From: an uncultured bacterium | GTDB lineage: Bacteria; Desulfobacterota_D; UBA1144; Nemesobacterales; UBA2774 | Reading direction: 5' to 3' | NCBI GenBank assembly: GCA_963825135.1 | Contig: CAWGRW010000009.1 | Coordinates: 384,001 to 448,000 of the forward strand | Length of the DNA: 64,000 nt | Part shown: piece by piece, positions 10,546 through 19,465 of the stretch | Layout of the letters: each line of letters opens with the position of its first letter | Position numbering within the stretch: position 1 is the stretch's first letter | Notes under the pieces: model-generated | Database searches by the model: none | What the model was told of the DNA's origin: nothing | What the model saw: the letters and a program-made list of their open reading frames with translations, nothing else | Program-made: the position numbers and the translations under genes

Positions 10546-11040
10546 ATGGGATCGAATCAAACAATTATAGCACCCTTAGTAAACGCTAATATTAGACCCT
10601 ATGCATTTCAATTTTATGCAAGAGACTTCTATAAGGCGTATAAGAAACACAAAGACGGTCTTCCTTTTTCTCCAGCGAGATTTTTTTTGCTTTCCCGAAG
10701 CATAGAGCTTGCAGCAAAAAGCCTTTATCTTGCTGATGGAATGCCGGCGGAAGATTTAAATAATATCAATCACGACCTCAGCAAAGCATGTGATCCTGAT
10801 ATTCTTAAAAAATTCGGCGTAAGTTTATCATCGGACCAAATAAGTGAATTATTGAAGGCTAATGACTATTATAAGCATAAAGGATTTGAGTATTTTTTAT
10901 ATAAGTATGGTAACTGGAAAAGTAGTGACTTCGGGAGCTCTGGGCCACAAATGGCGTTAACAGGTTGGCCGAATCTTCCGGATGTAAACATTCTTGAGTC
11001 TATAGTTGATTTGCTTCTGTCAATAAAACTGCCGGATTAA
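10546..11040 (+). CDS. Low-GC hypothetical protein, HEPN-like fold
   Basis: AGGAG SD, AT-rich codons, SIELAAKSLYL...HDL pattern typical of HEPN helical bundles. Confidence 0.6.
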   Translation: MGSNQTIIAPLVNANIRPYAFQFYARDFYKAYKKHKDGLPFSPARFFLLSRSIELAAKSLYLADGMPAEDLNNINHDLSKACDPDILKKFGVSLSSDQISELLKANDYYKHKGFEYFLYKYGNWKSSDFGSSGPQMALTGWPNLPDVNILESIVDLLLSIKLPD

Positions 11041-11064
11041 TCTTATTACATCGTATTCATATAT

Positions 11065-11122
11065 TGGGACAATGGGACAGACGGGCAGGGTATATACCCG
11101 GATATTGTGTCCCGATGTCCCA
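11065..11122. repeat. Palindromic TGGGACA..TGTCCCA repeat, copy 2
   Basis: Near-identical to 3817-3879 and in the same orientation. Confidence 0.85.
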
Positions 11123-11166
11123 TGGGAGAATAACAGGGATATTAATGTACACCCCCCACCCTACCT

Positions 11167-11255
11167 AATTTGGCTCAGGCATCAATGAGCCGGAATTGAG
11201 CACAATGACGCTTTCGTTTTCACAGCGACCTGCTTCTCGCTCGCTCGAAGCAGTT
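11167..11255 (+). mobile_element. ~90-bp REP-inserted mini-element, copy 2
   Basis: AATTTGG + 52 nt + CGACC + TGCTTC-tcgctcgctc-GAAGCA + GTT, inside a CCCACCCTACCT...CCCCTCCAATAGAGGGAGAGGG REP. Confidence 0.8.
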
Positions 11256-11329
11256 CCCCTCCAATAGAGGGAGAGGGAAAGAAAACTGTGTCGCATCTGT
11301 CGGATTCTACCGCGATCTGGCACGCCGCA

Positions 11330-11359
11330 TTGACATAACCCCCCGTTAGGAAATATAAT
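11330..11359 (+). promoter_or_regulatory. sigma70 promoter
   Basis: TTGACA-N18-TATAAT upstream of the IPTL-CTERM gene. Confidence 0.7.
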
Positions 11360-11392
11360 CATCGGGAAAGAGCATTAATTAAAGGAGGATGT

Positions 11393-12082
11393 ATGATGAG
11401 AAACGGAATTAATATCCTGCCGTTGATTATTTTCCTGTGTATGTCGATAGCCTTTTTCAGCCGCGAAGCCGACGCCCAGACTTACCTGCCCGTCGGGCCG
11501 CAGGTGGACGTTCCCGTCTCCGTCGTCTCCACGGGCGGATGGACGGAGTGTTACAGGGATACCTATGACAACCAACTGAACGCGGAAACCGTGCTTGAGC
11601 AATGTCCCGGCGAGCTCCTCATGTTGTCCTGCCGGCCGACCGGGAGCAGTACGCTGACCCTCCTCGCCCAGGGCGCGCGGGAGGATGTGACTTTCGATAC
11701 GGGCGCGAATTTGGATGTTACTCATATCGCAAACGGCGTCGGCTGGTATTTCAACATATCGGCTCCAGGTGAAAATAATCAAGGCCAGAACGCCTGGGGA
11801 TTCGTAAGGGCGGGGGACAGCGTGAACAAGAACAATTGCGATACCCTTGAGAGCGGCGCTAACGATGAAAGGCTATGCTGGCACCTGCTAATAGGCGAAG
11901 GCGGATACAGGTGCGGCGAGACAGAGGACCTGAACGAATCTACGGCGTTCGAGCGCGTCGTCTATACTCCGGCTGTGTCGAAGCCTATTCCCACTCTTTC
12001 CCAATGGGGCCTGATCGCTATGGCCGGCATTCTGGGTCTCGCCGGACTTCTGATCGCGAGAAGAAGGAAAGCGGCCGCGTAA
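11393..12082 (+). CDS. Secreted protein with IPTL-CTERM sorting signal
   Basis: Signal peptide, Cys-containing domain, C-terminal IPTLSQWGLI + TM + RRRK. Confidence 0.9.
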   Translation: MMRNGINILPLIIFLCMSIAFFSREADAQTYLPVGPQVDVPVSVVSTGGWTECYRDTYDNQLNAETVLEQCPGELLMLSCRPTGSSTLTLLAQGAREDVTFDTGANLDVTHIANGVGWYFNISAPGENNQGQNAWGFVRAGDSVNKNNCDTLESGANDERLCWHLLIGEGGYRCGETEDLNESTAFERVVYTPAVSKPIPTLSQWGLIAMAGILGLAGLLIARRRKAAA

Positions 12083-12110
12083 GGTCAAGCGGCATTAAAA
12101 ACTAAATACC

Positions 12111-12137
12111 AAAAGGGAGCTTCGGCTCCCTTTTTTA
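12111..12137. terminator. Bidirectional intrinsic terminator
   Basis: AAAAGGGAGC-TTCG-GCTCCCTTTTTT between convergent genes. Confidence 0.85.
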
Positions 12138-12212
12138 TTTCGGCTCGCAATGACAGAGTAGGTTGTGCAGAGGAATAGCGGAAGGATCGTTTATGAGCAC
12201 ACATTGTCCGCC

Positions 12213-13607
12213 TTACTTAAGCTCGTTCAGCTCTTTCGTGATATTCCCCACGACGGTCTTGGCGTCGCCGAACACCATCATGGTCCTGTCGTTGAAGTAG
12301 AGCTCGTTCTCTATACCCGCGAAACCGGGGTTCATGCTCCGCTTGATGACCATTATGTGCTTCGCCTTATCCACGTCGAGTATCGGCATCCCGTAAATCG
12401 GGCTCGCCGCGTCGTGACGCGCCGCCGGGTTCGTTACGTCGTTCGCCCCTATAACGAGCGCTACGTCGGCGTCCGGGAACTCGGGGTTTATGTCGTCCAT
12501 GTCTATGAGCACGTCGTAGGGCACGTTCGCCTCGGCCAGGAGCACGTTCATGTGGCCCGGCATCCTTCCTGCTACCGGGTGTATGGCGTATTTAACGGAA
12601 GTGCCCTGCGTTTTGAGCAGGTCTGCCAGCTCCCTCACGCCGTGCTGGGCCTGGGCGGCCGCCATTCCGTATCCGGGGACGATGATGACGGACTTCGCGT
12701 CCTTGAATATCTCCGCGGCCTCTTTCGGCGTCCCCGAGCGCGCCTGTTTATTGCTCGTGTCTTCATGCGGAGCGGCCCCGTCCGCGGGCGGGGTTACCTT
12801 TCCGAATGCCCCGAAGAGCACGTTCGTGAACGAGCGGTTCATGGCCCTGCACATGATGATCGAAAGGACGAAACCGGAAGCGCCGTCGAGCGCGCCGCCG
12901 ATGATGAGTATCTTGTTATTGAGCGCGAACCCGAGGAGCGCGGCTGAAATACCCGCGTAGGAGTTCAATATCGAAATCACGGTCGGCATGTCGGCCGCGC
13001 CTATGGGCAGTATGAGCATCACGCCGAACGTGAGGGCGAGCACGAGGCCCAGATAAAATAGGAACCCGGCCGACGGAAAGAACACGAGTATGATTACGAT
13101 GAGCGCGATCACCCCGAGGAGTGATACGTTGAAAACGTTCTGGCCTTTATACGTCCAGGGCGACCCCGGCAGGATACCCTGCAGCTTGCCGAAGGCCATC
13201 ATGCTGCCCGTGAATGTGAGGCTCCCGAGCATCACTTCAGACCCTATGGCGCTCATTCTCACCGTGCTCAGGTCCTGGCCGTGATAGTATTCCGCTATAC
13301 CCACGAGCGCCGCGGCGAGAGCGCCGAACGCGTGCGAGAGCGCAGTCCGCTCTGGCATCTTGGTCATAGGCGTCCACGCCGCAATGCCTATGCCGGCTAT
13401 GGATCCGATTACGAGCCCGACTACTATCCATTCGTAGGTAATTACCTCGTGCTGGATAAGGGTCCCGATGATGGCCATGGCCATACCGAGGGCGGCCATC
13501 CTCTGTCCGCGGCGGGCCGTTTCGGGCGAGTTCAGGCCCTTCAGTCCGAGAATGAACAGTACGGCCGATATCAGGTATACAAGGTTAGTGAATATATTGC
13601 TCGTCAT
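12213..13607 (-). CDS. pntB: NAD(P) transhydrogenase beta subunit
   Basis: Multiple TMs, then PGYGMA, IHPVAGRMPGHMNVLLAEA, GANDVTNP. Confidence 0.97.
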   Translation of the reverse strand: MTSNIFTNLVYLISAVLFILGLKGLNSPETARRGQRMAALGMAMAIIGTLIQHEVITYEWIVVGLVIGSIAGIGIAAWTPMTKMPERTALSHAFGALAAALVGIAEYYHGQDLSTVRMSAIGSEVMLGSLTFTGSMMAFGKLQGILPGSPWTYKGQNVFNVSLLGVIALIVIILVFFPSAGFLFYLGLVLALTFGVMLILPIGAADMPTVISILNSYAGISAALLGFALNNKILIIGGALDGASGFVLSIIMCRAMNRSFTNVLFGAFGKVTPPADGAAPHEDTSNKQARSGTPKEAAEIFKDAKSVIIVPGYGMAAAQAQHGVRELADLLKTQGTSVKYAIHPVAGRMPGHMNVLLAEANVPYDVLIDMDDINPEFPDADVALVIGANDVTNPAARHDAASPIYGMPILDVDKAKHIMVIKRSMNPGFAGIENELYFNDRTMMVFGDAKTVVGNITKELNELK

Positions 13608-13906
13608 TTCTCGCTCTTACCGTCCCCTTTTTTGAACATTTTAAGCATGCGCTCGGTTATCATGAAACCGCCCACGACGTTACACATGGCGCAGGCGACC
13701 GCTATGGTCCCGAGCACCGTGACGACCGCGCCGTGCCTGCTGCCGGCGACCAGGATGGCCGCGACCACCGATATAGCGGAAATCGCGTTCGTGGCCGACA
13801 TGAGCGGCGTATGAAGGAGCGGGGGAACCCGCGATATAACAAGAAAGCCCAGGAATGCTGCGAGGATGAAAATGTATAATCCGGCGACTAACAGAGCTCC
13901 GTCCAT
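13604..13906 (-). CDS. pntAB: NAD(P) transhydrogenase alpha subunit part 2 (membrane)
   Basis: VPPLLHTPLMSATNAIS, NVVGGF..TERMLKMF; overlaps the pntB start. Confidence 0.95.
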   Translation of the reverse strand: MDGALLVAGLYIFILAAFLGFLVISRVPPLLHTPLMSATNAISAISVVAAILVAGSRHGAVVTVLGTIAVACAMCNVVGGFMITERMLKMFKKGDGKSEK

Positions 13907-13925
13907 GAGACGTTCCCTCCCTTGT

Positions 13926-15059
13926 TTATTTCACGGCGTCTTTTATAAGCGGATGTACGATCCCGCCGCCGTGCGTGATGAGCGACCCCTTTATGATATC
14001 GTCTGCCAGGTCTATTTTGGCCGACTTCCCGTCGGGCGCGATCAGGTTGACGAACGCGAGCACGTTCCGGGCGTAGAGCAGGCTCGCGTGTACGGGCATC
14101 GTGCCCGGTATGTTAAAGAGCCCGATGATCGTAACCCCGTGTTTTATGACTTCCCTGCCCGGCTCCGAGAGCGTACAGTTCCCGCCCTGCTCGACGGCCA
14201 TGTCGACGATAACCGACCCCGGCTTCATCTCTCTCACCATCTCTTCCGTGATGAGTATGGGGGCGCGTTTTCCGGGTATGAGCGCCGTGCTGATAATGAC
14301 GTCCGTGTCTTTCGAGTATTTGCGTATCAGGTCCTGCTCGTTCTTGTAGAACTCCGGCGAAAGCTCCTTCGCGTACCCGCCCGTGTCCTCCGCCTGCTCG
14401 TGGGGGACCTCGAGCGATACGAATTCCGCGCCCAGGCTCTTTACCTGCTCGCCCGCCGCGGGCCTCACGTCAAACGCGGTCACTACCGCCCCGAGGCGCC
14501 TGGCCGTGGCTATGGCCTGAAGCCCGGCGACACCCGCCCCGATGATCATCACCTTGCCCGGCTGTATAGTCCCGGCCGCGGTGGAGAGCATCGGGAAGAA
14601 CCTGCCGCAGGCGTTTGCGGCCATGAGCACCACCTTGTAGCCCGCGACGGTGCTCATCGTCGAGAGCGCGTCCATGCGCTGGGCGCGCGTGATCCTCGGC
14701 ACCATCTCCATGGAGAGGGCGGAGATTTTCCTTTCGGCGAGTTTCTTTATTTCTTCGTGGTTCGAGAACGGCTGGAGGAATGAAATGACTATAGCCCCTT
14801 CTTTTAATTTTCCGATTTCGTCGAGCGTGGGCTTGTTTACCTTTAATAACAGATCGACCCCGGAGAGGAGCGCGTCTTTGGAGGGCTCTATGACGCCCCC
14901 CGCTTCCTCGAACTCCCTGTCGCTTATGAAGGACGCTGAGCCCGCGCCCGCTTCCACGACGACCTCCGCGCCCGCCTTGGTCATCTTGCTCACGGTCTCC
15001 GGCACTGCCGCAATGCGGCGCTCGCCTTCCATTGTCTCTTTTATTACCCCTACGCGCAC
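13926..15059 (-). CDS. pntAA: NAD(P) transhydrogenase alpha subunit part 1 (dI)
   Basis: ERRIA, PRITRAQRMDALS, GAGVAGLQA, GGYAKE, TALIPG. Confidence 0.97.
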   Translation of the reverse strand: MRVGVIKETMEGERRIAAVPETVSKMTKAGAEVVVEAGAGSASFISDREFEEAGGVIEPSKDALLSGVDLLLKVNKPTLDEIGKLKEGAIVISFLQPFSNHEEIKKLAERKISALSMEMVPRITRAQRMDALSTMSTVAGYKVVLMAANACGRFFPMLSTAAGTIQPGKVMIIGAGVAGLQAIATARRLGAVVTAFDVRPAAGEQVKSLGAEFVSLEVPHEQAEDTGGYAKELSPEFYKNEQDLIRKYSKDTDVIISTALIPGKRAPILITEEMVREMKPGSVIVDMAVEQGGNCTLSEPGREVIKHGVTIIGLFNIPGTMPVHASLLYARNVLAFVNLIAPDGKSAKIDLADDIIKGSLITHGGGIVHPLIKDAVK

Positions 15060-15320
15060 TATTATCTCCGCCTTCTTGATAAAATGGGGACTAGAAGTTA
15101 CCTCACCTCAAGCCCGGCGTCAATACCGAAATCTACCATAAAACCGGCGCCCGATACCAATCCTTATTGTCCCTTCCGGGAAATAAGCGCTTTAAGATTC
15201 TATTAATATTTTCCGATCAGTCAAGGTTAGGAGACCTAAACAATAAAAAATTAATCCAGGAGGTCCCGGTGAGGGTATCACGGATCGACGAAGCCCCGGT
15301 TTGAACCCGACGCGTCCCGG

Positions 15321-15665
15321 TCAATCGTCCTTCCCGCCCTTCTTCCCGCCCGTGCCCCGGAAGAGCCGCCCGAAGCCCAGAAAGTTGAGCAGGGTTTCGA
15401 TGGGGCTTTCCCCGCCTCCGTCGTCCCCCCGGCGCTCGTCCTCGAACCGCGCGTCCTCCCTGACGCTCCTGATCAGGTCCCTGGCGTCCTCGTAAATATC
15501 GTCGGGGACCATTATCGTCTTCGCGTTTAACGAACTCATGTACGCGCCCGAGTACATGGAGCCGAAGTGCTCGTTCTGGACGTAATAAGGCATCCCCGAG
15601 GCCTCGAACATGCTTTTCAGGAACACCAGTTCCGATTCGTCTGAAGGCGTGTATAGTCTTTTCAT
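15321..15665 (-). CDS. DUF2007-like small protein
   Basis: Start refined to MKRLYTP...; pattern ELVFLKSMFEASGMPYYV...IMVPDDIYEDARDLI. Confidence 0.7.
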   Translation of the reverse strand: MKRLYTPSDESELVFLKSMFEASGMPYYVQNEHFGSMYSGAYMSSLNAKTIMVPDDIYEDARDLIRSVREDARFEDERRGDDGGGESPIETLLNFLGFGRLFRGTGGKKGGKDD

Positions 15666-15865
15666 ATTCCCACCGTGGTCCGTGAACCTCGCCGCATAAG
15701 TCAATAATGTACCAGAATATTTCCGAATGGACCCGCCGGGACGGAGACCGGTCCCCCTTACCGGAGCGTCCGGAGGGAGATATCCGTCATACCCCGCACT
15801 ATATCGGGCCTCTAAACATGATATAATTATCCGGTACATTCGTCTATCTCCGGGAGAAGGCCGCA

Positions 15866-16336
15866 ATGCAGACACTCGAATCGATATTAAGCGAGCACTA
15901 CTGCTTCAAGGGACTCGAAAAGAGGTACCTGGACATGATCGTCAACAAGGCTTCCGATGCCGCCTACGAGGAAGGGGAGTTCATCTTCCACGAGAGCGAC
16001 AAGGCGGACAAGCTCTATATCATCAGGGAAGGGATAGTGGCGCTCGAGACGAGGCTCGCCCCCGACAGGGACCCCATAACCATACAGATGATAGGAGAGG
16101 GCGACGTGCTCGGGTGGGGGTGGCTCTTCCCCCCGTACCTCTGTCACTTCGACGCCAAGGCCGTAGCGCCCACGAGGGCGGTCGTGCTCGACGGCACGTT
16201 CATACGCACGAAGTGCGAGGAAGACCACGAACTGGGCTACGAGCTATTGAAGAGGTTCGCTTCTCTCATACAGCAGAGGCTCCAGGCCGTCAGGCGGCAG
16301 AACCCCAACATGTACGTCGTCAGACCGAAGTCCTGA
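15866..16336 (+). CDS. Stand-alone cyclic-nucleotide-binding (Crp-type) domain protein
   Basis: IFHESDKADKLYIIREG, GDVLGW; no HTH. Confidence 0.88.
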   Translation: MQTLESILSEHYCFKGLEKRYLDMIVNKASDAAYEEGEFIFHESDKADKLYIIREGIVALETRLAPDRDPITIQMIGEGDVLGWGWLFPPYLCHFDAKAVAPTRAVVLDGTFIRTKCEEDHELGYELLKRFASLIQQRLQAVRRQNPNMYVVRPKS

Positions 16337-16369
16337 CAGCAATACGGAGCGGCAGGAGAAGTAAAAAAT

Positions 16370-16777
16370 TCAGTCCCCGCCTTTCGGGGTATCGGGGTTG
16401 CCGGCCCTTAACTTCATCGCCGCGAGCTTGAGCGTATTGAACCCGAGGTTTGCGCAGCCGGGCCTCGTGGCTACGAGTCTTTTGCCCAGTATTCCGGTCA
16501 CGATGCTGTGAGGCATCCCTTCGATCTCGGACAGCGTCTTCCCCTCCGCCTTCTCCAGAATGATGGAAGTACCCGCCTGGCTGACCATGCACCCCTCCCC
16601 TTCGAAGCCGAGCCCGCGCACTATTCCGTCATCGTCCGCGTCGATGTATATGGTGACGACGTCCCCGCACCCGGGGTTTCCGCCCTTTTGAACGACTCGC
16701 GCGTTATCTATAGCGCCTGCATGCCTGGGGTTCTTGTAGTGGTCGAGTATAAGCTCCATTAATTCGTCGTGGTCCAT
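16370..16777 (-). CDS. sufU: SufU/IscU-type Fe-S scaffold / sulfur acceptor
   Basis: ILDHYKNPRH, NPGCGD, GCMVSQA, RPGCA. Confidence 0.9.
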   Translation of the reverse strand: MDHDELMELILDHYKNPRHAGAIDNARVVQKGGNPGCGDVVTIYIDADDDGIVRGLGFEGEGCMVSQAGTSIILEKAEGKTLSEIEGMPHSIVTGILGKRLVATRPGCANLGFNTLKLAAMKLRAGNPDTPKGGD

Positions 16778-16844
16778 TCGGGTTTCTCCCGCGATAGTGG
16801 ATTTGCTGCGGATTTTACGGAGTACTTCTGAAAAACAGGTCATT

Positions 16845-17270
16845 CTAGTTGACCGTGACCGCCTTTTTAACCTCGCTCCTGATGCGGTTATACACCGCGG
16901 AGAGGCCGAACATGCGTCTCGTCCCGAGTTTTTGGTCGAGGCTCAGGCTGTTTATGAGGTTCTCCGGAGCGGATACGACCTCTTCAGGCGGGACGCCCGC
17001 GAAAGCGTCCACGAGGAGCGATACGAACCCCCTCACGGTCGGCGATTCCCTTGGAACGTCGGCGTAAAGATTCACCTTCCCGTCCTTCACGTCTATGAAT
17101 ATGAACACCGGGGTCTCGCACTCGGGCACGCGGTTGTAACCGGCGTCCCTCGCCTCCCTGTACTCGTCCGGGAGCGGGGGCAGGGTCTCCGAGTAATCGA
17201 GGAGCATGGCGAGCGTCTCCTGGTAGTCGGCGTCCCGGAACTGTCCGATTATTTCTTCTATCCTGTTCAT
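16845..17270 (-). CDS. sufE: SufE-family protein
   Basis: RVPECETPVF, ESPTVRGF, RRMFGL. Confidence 0.88.
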   Translation of the reverse strand: MNRIEEIIGQFRDADYQETLAMLLDYSETLPPLPDEYREARDAGYNRVPECETPVFIFIDVKDGKVNLYADVPRESPTVRGFVSLLVDAFAGVPPEEVVSAPENLINSLSLDQKLGTRRMFGLSAVYNRIRSEVKKAVTVN

Positions 17271-17375
17271 GAAAGTCTCTATATATAATAATCCGCCAAA
17301 ATAAAAACGGGATGCGTCGGTTATTCCCGGCACACCCCGGCGTATTTATATAGCTGCGTTATTGTACCCCGCGTC

Positions 17376-18221
17376 TCAGGGTTTCTCTATCGGAGCCTTT
17401 ACGAGGTTTCCCCACTCGGTCCAGGAGCCGTCGTAGTTCCTCACCCTGTCGAAGCCCAGCAGGTACGTGAGCACGAACCACGTGTGGGAGGACCTCTCCC
17501 CTATCCTGCAGTAGGCAATGATGTCGTCCCCTTTCTTGAGTCCCTTGTCGTCCATGTAAATCGACTTGAGGTCATCAGCCGACTTGAACGTCCCGTCTTC
17601 CTTCACGGCCGTAGCCCAGGGAACGTTCTTCGCCCCCGGTATGTGCCCCCCCCTGAGAGCGCCTTCCTGCGGGTACGCCTCCATGTGCAGGAGCTCCCCG
17701 GTAAACTCTTTCGGCGAGCGCACGTCGATGAGCGGCTTCTTCTCGCCCATGTGCTTCACTACGTCGTCCCTGAAAGCCCTTATGGATTCGTCCACTTTCG
17801 AGACCTTGTAGGTCGTCTTCGGGTAACCGGGCACATCTTTCGTAAGCGGGCGCTTCTCCTCGACCCACTTCTGCCTCCCGCCGTTCATGACGAGGGCTTT
17901 CTCGTGCCCGAAGAGCTTGAATACCCAGTACGCGTAGCAGGCCCACCAGTTGTTCTTGTCCCCGTAGAAGACGACGGTGGTGTCGTTCGCTATGCCCTTG
18001 TCCGACAGCAGCTTCTCGAACTTCGCCTTGTCTATATAGTCCCTTATGAGCTGGTCCTGGAGGTCCGTCTGCCAGTCTATCTTGACCGCGCCCTCGATGT
18101 GGCCGACCTCGTACAAGAGCACGTCCTCGTCCGACTCTACAATCTTTACCTTCGGATCGTTAGCGTGCGCTGCAACCCATTCCGTGCTCACGATAACGTC
18201 CGGATGTGTATAATCTGCCAT
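17376..18221 (-). CDS. sseA: Two-domain rhodanese / thiosulfate sulfurtransferase (SseA/CysA-like)
   Basis: GHIEGA, GHIPGA, active-site loop [15 protein letters not shown]. Confidence 0.95.
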   Translation of the reverse strand: MADYTHPDVIVSTEWVAAHANDPKVKIVESDEDVLLYEVGHIEGAVKIDWQTDLQDQLIRDYIDKAKFEKLLSDKGIANDTTVVFYGDKNNWWACYAYWVFKLFGHEKALVMNGGRQKWVEEKRPLTKDVPGYPKTTYKVSKVDESIRAFRDDVVKHMGEKKPLIDVRSPKEFTGELLHMEAYPQEGALRGGHIPGAKNVPWATAVKEDGTFKSADDLKSIYMDDKGLKKGDDIIAYCRIGERSSHTWFVLTYLLGFDRVRNYDGSWTEWGNLVKAPIEKP

Positions 18222-18576
18222 CTATAATCTCCTTCAACGAGAATTTGGTATTGTTTATAACAGGACGAATCTTAAATAACCCACCCGCCTATTATCTATT
18301 TTATTGGTTGCAATTCATTTATTCAAGTGAGTGAAGCCTTATTAACACCCCATTAATATTGCAATATTTAATCCGCTATATCCGCTCGTGCGCGGAAACG
18401 GCGCAAATCACGTCATTATCGCCCGGAAAAAAGCGCCGCAGGGCGTAAAAATTATATATTCCTTTGACGTATCGTTTTGTGCTATTATGTAATTAGATGG
18501 GCATGTAAGGTGTTTTGATTCCTTTGAGGGCGATTTGACTCGGGTGTAAAGAATCTGCAACAGGGGGTGAGCATCC

Positions 18577-19020
18577 ATGTTGGAAGAATTAAAAGTCCGC
18601 GATTTGATCGGCGAGAGAGACAGGGTTTATTTTGTGGATGCTGAAGACACAGCCGATGTCGCCGCGCTCAAGCTCAGGAACTTCAAGGTGAGGACGACCG
18701 GGGTCATGAAGGGGGGCAGCATCGTGGGGGTCGTCGGTCATTCCGATTTCTCCACCAAGATCGTCGCGCTCGGGAAAAAGCCGTCCGAGGTCAGGATAGC
18801 GGAAATAATGAGCGAAAACCTTCACACGGTCACGCTCGACACGTCTTTCTACGAATGCCTCGATCTCATGAACGAGCACGGCATATCGCACCTCTTCATT
18901 CTCGACTCGGAAGGGGAGTATTACGGCATGCTAGCGTGGACCGACCTGCAGCGGATTCTCGTAAGGGAGCTCAAATACCAGCTCAAGCTGGCGCAGGAAT
19001 ACGCGTTCGGACCCTTATAA
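18577..19020 (+). CDS. CBS-pair domain protein
   Basis: Two CBS repeats (VRDLI...; IAEIMS...ISHLFI). Confidence 0.85.
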   Translation: MLEELKVRDLIGERDRVYFVDAEDTADVAALKLRNFKVRTTGVMKGGSIVGVVGHSDFSTKIVALGKKPSEVRIAEIMSENLHTVTLDTSFYECLDLMNEHGISHLFILDSEGEYYGMLAWTDLQRILVRELKYQLKLAQEYAFGPL

Positions 19021-19094
19021 TCCCTCGCGCGGGCGGGGCATACGGGCGGATTGAAACCCTTACGAATAAATAGAAGCTCCGACGGAAAATAATA

Positions 19095-19361
19095 ATGACT
19101 GAAGAAGAACGCACCGAAGAAATCAGGGAGAAGGCCGAGGCCGTAGAGGAAATGGTGGAGGCCAGGGAAGCGGAGCGAGCCCGCAAGCCCGGAACCCGCG
19201 GCCGCAACGGAAAAGGGCTCATGGAAAGGAGGGAGAGCTTCGAGCAGTCGAGCGTCCCCAACGCCCACAGGGGCTACAACAGCAAGACGCCCCGCATCAT
19301 GATGGTCATCATAGCGGCCATGTTCATACTGAGCTTCATCCTCGCCGCGATCACCGGCTGA
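19095..19361 (+). CDS. Small hypothetical protein with C-terminal TM
   Basis: Charged N-terminus, hydrophobic C-terminus, host-like codon usage. Confidence 0.6.
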   Translation: MTEEERTEEIREKAEAVEEMVEAREAERARKPGTRGRNGKGLMERRESFEQSSVPNAHRGYNSKTPRIMMVIIAAMFILSFILAAITG

Positions 19362-19465
19362 CCGAAATTCCCCCGAAGCGCTACCCCGCGCGATAGATTC
19401 CATACACCTTCCATTTTCGTAACAATGTCAGTTAATCGGACCCGCCGGTTTGTCTGCTGTAACGA

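Noticed and set aside
12213..15059. Three-gene (split alpha) transhydrogenase as a novelty
   Set aside because: This is a well-known arrangement, for example in Rhodospirillum and Thermus.
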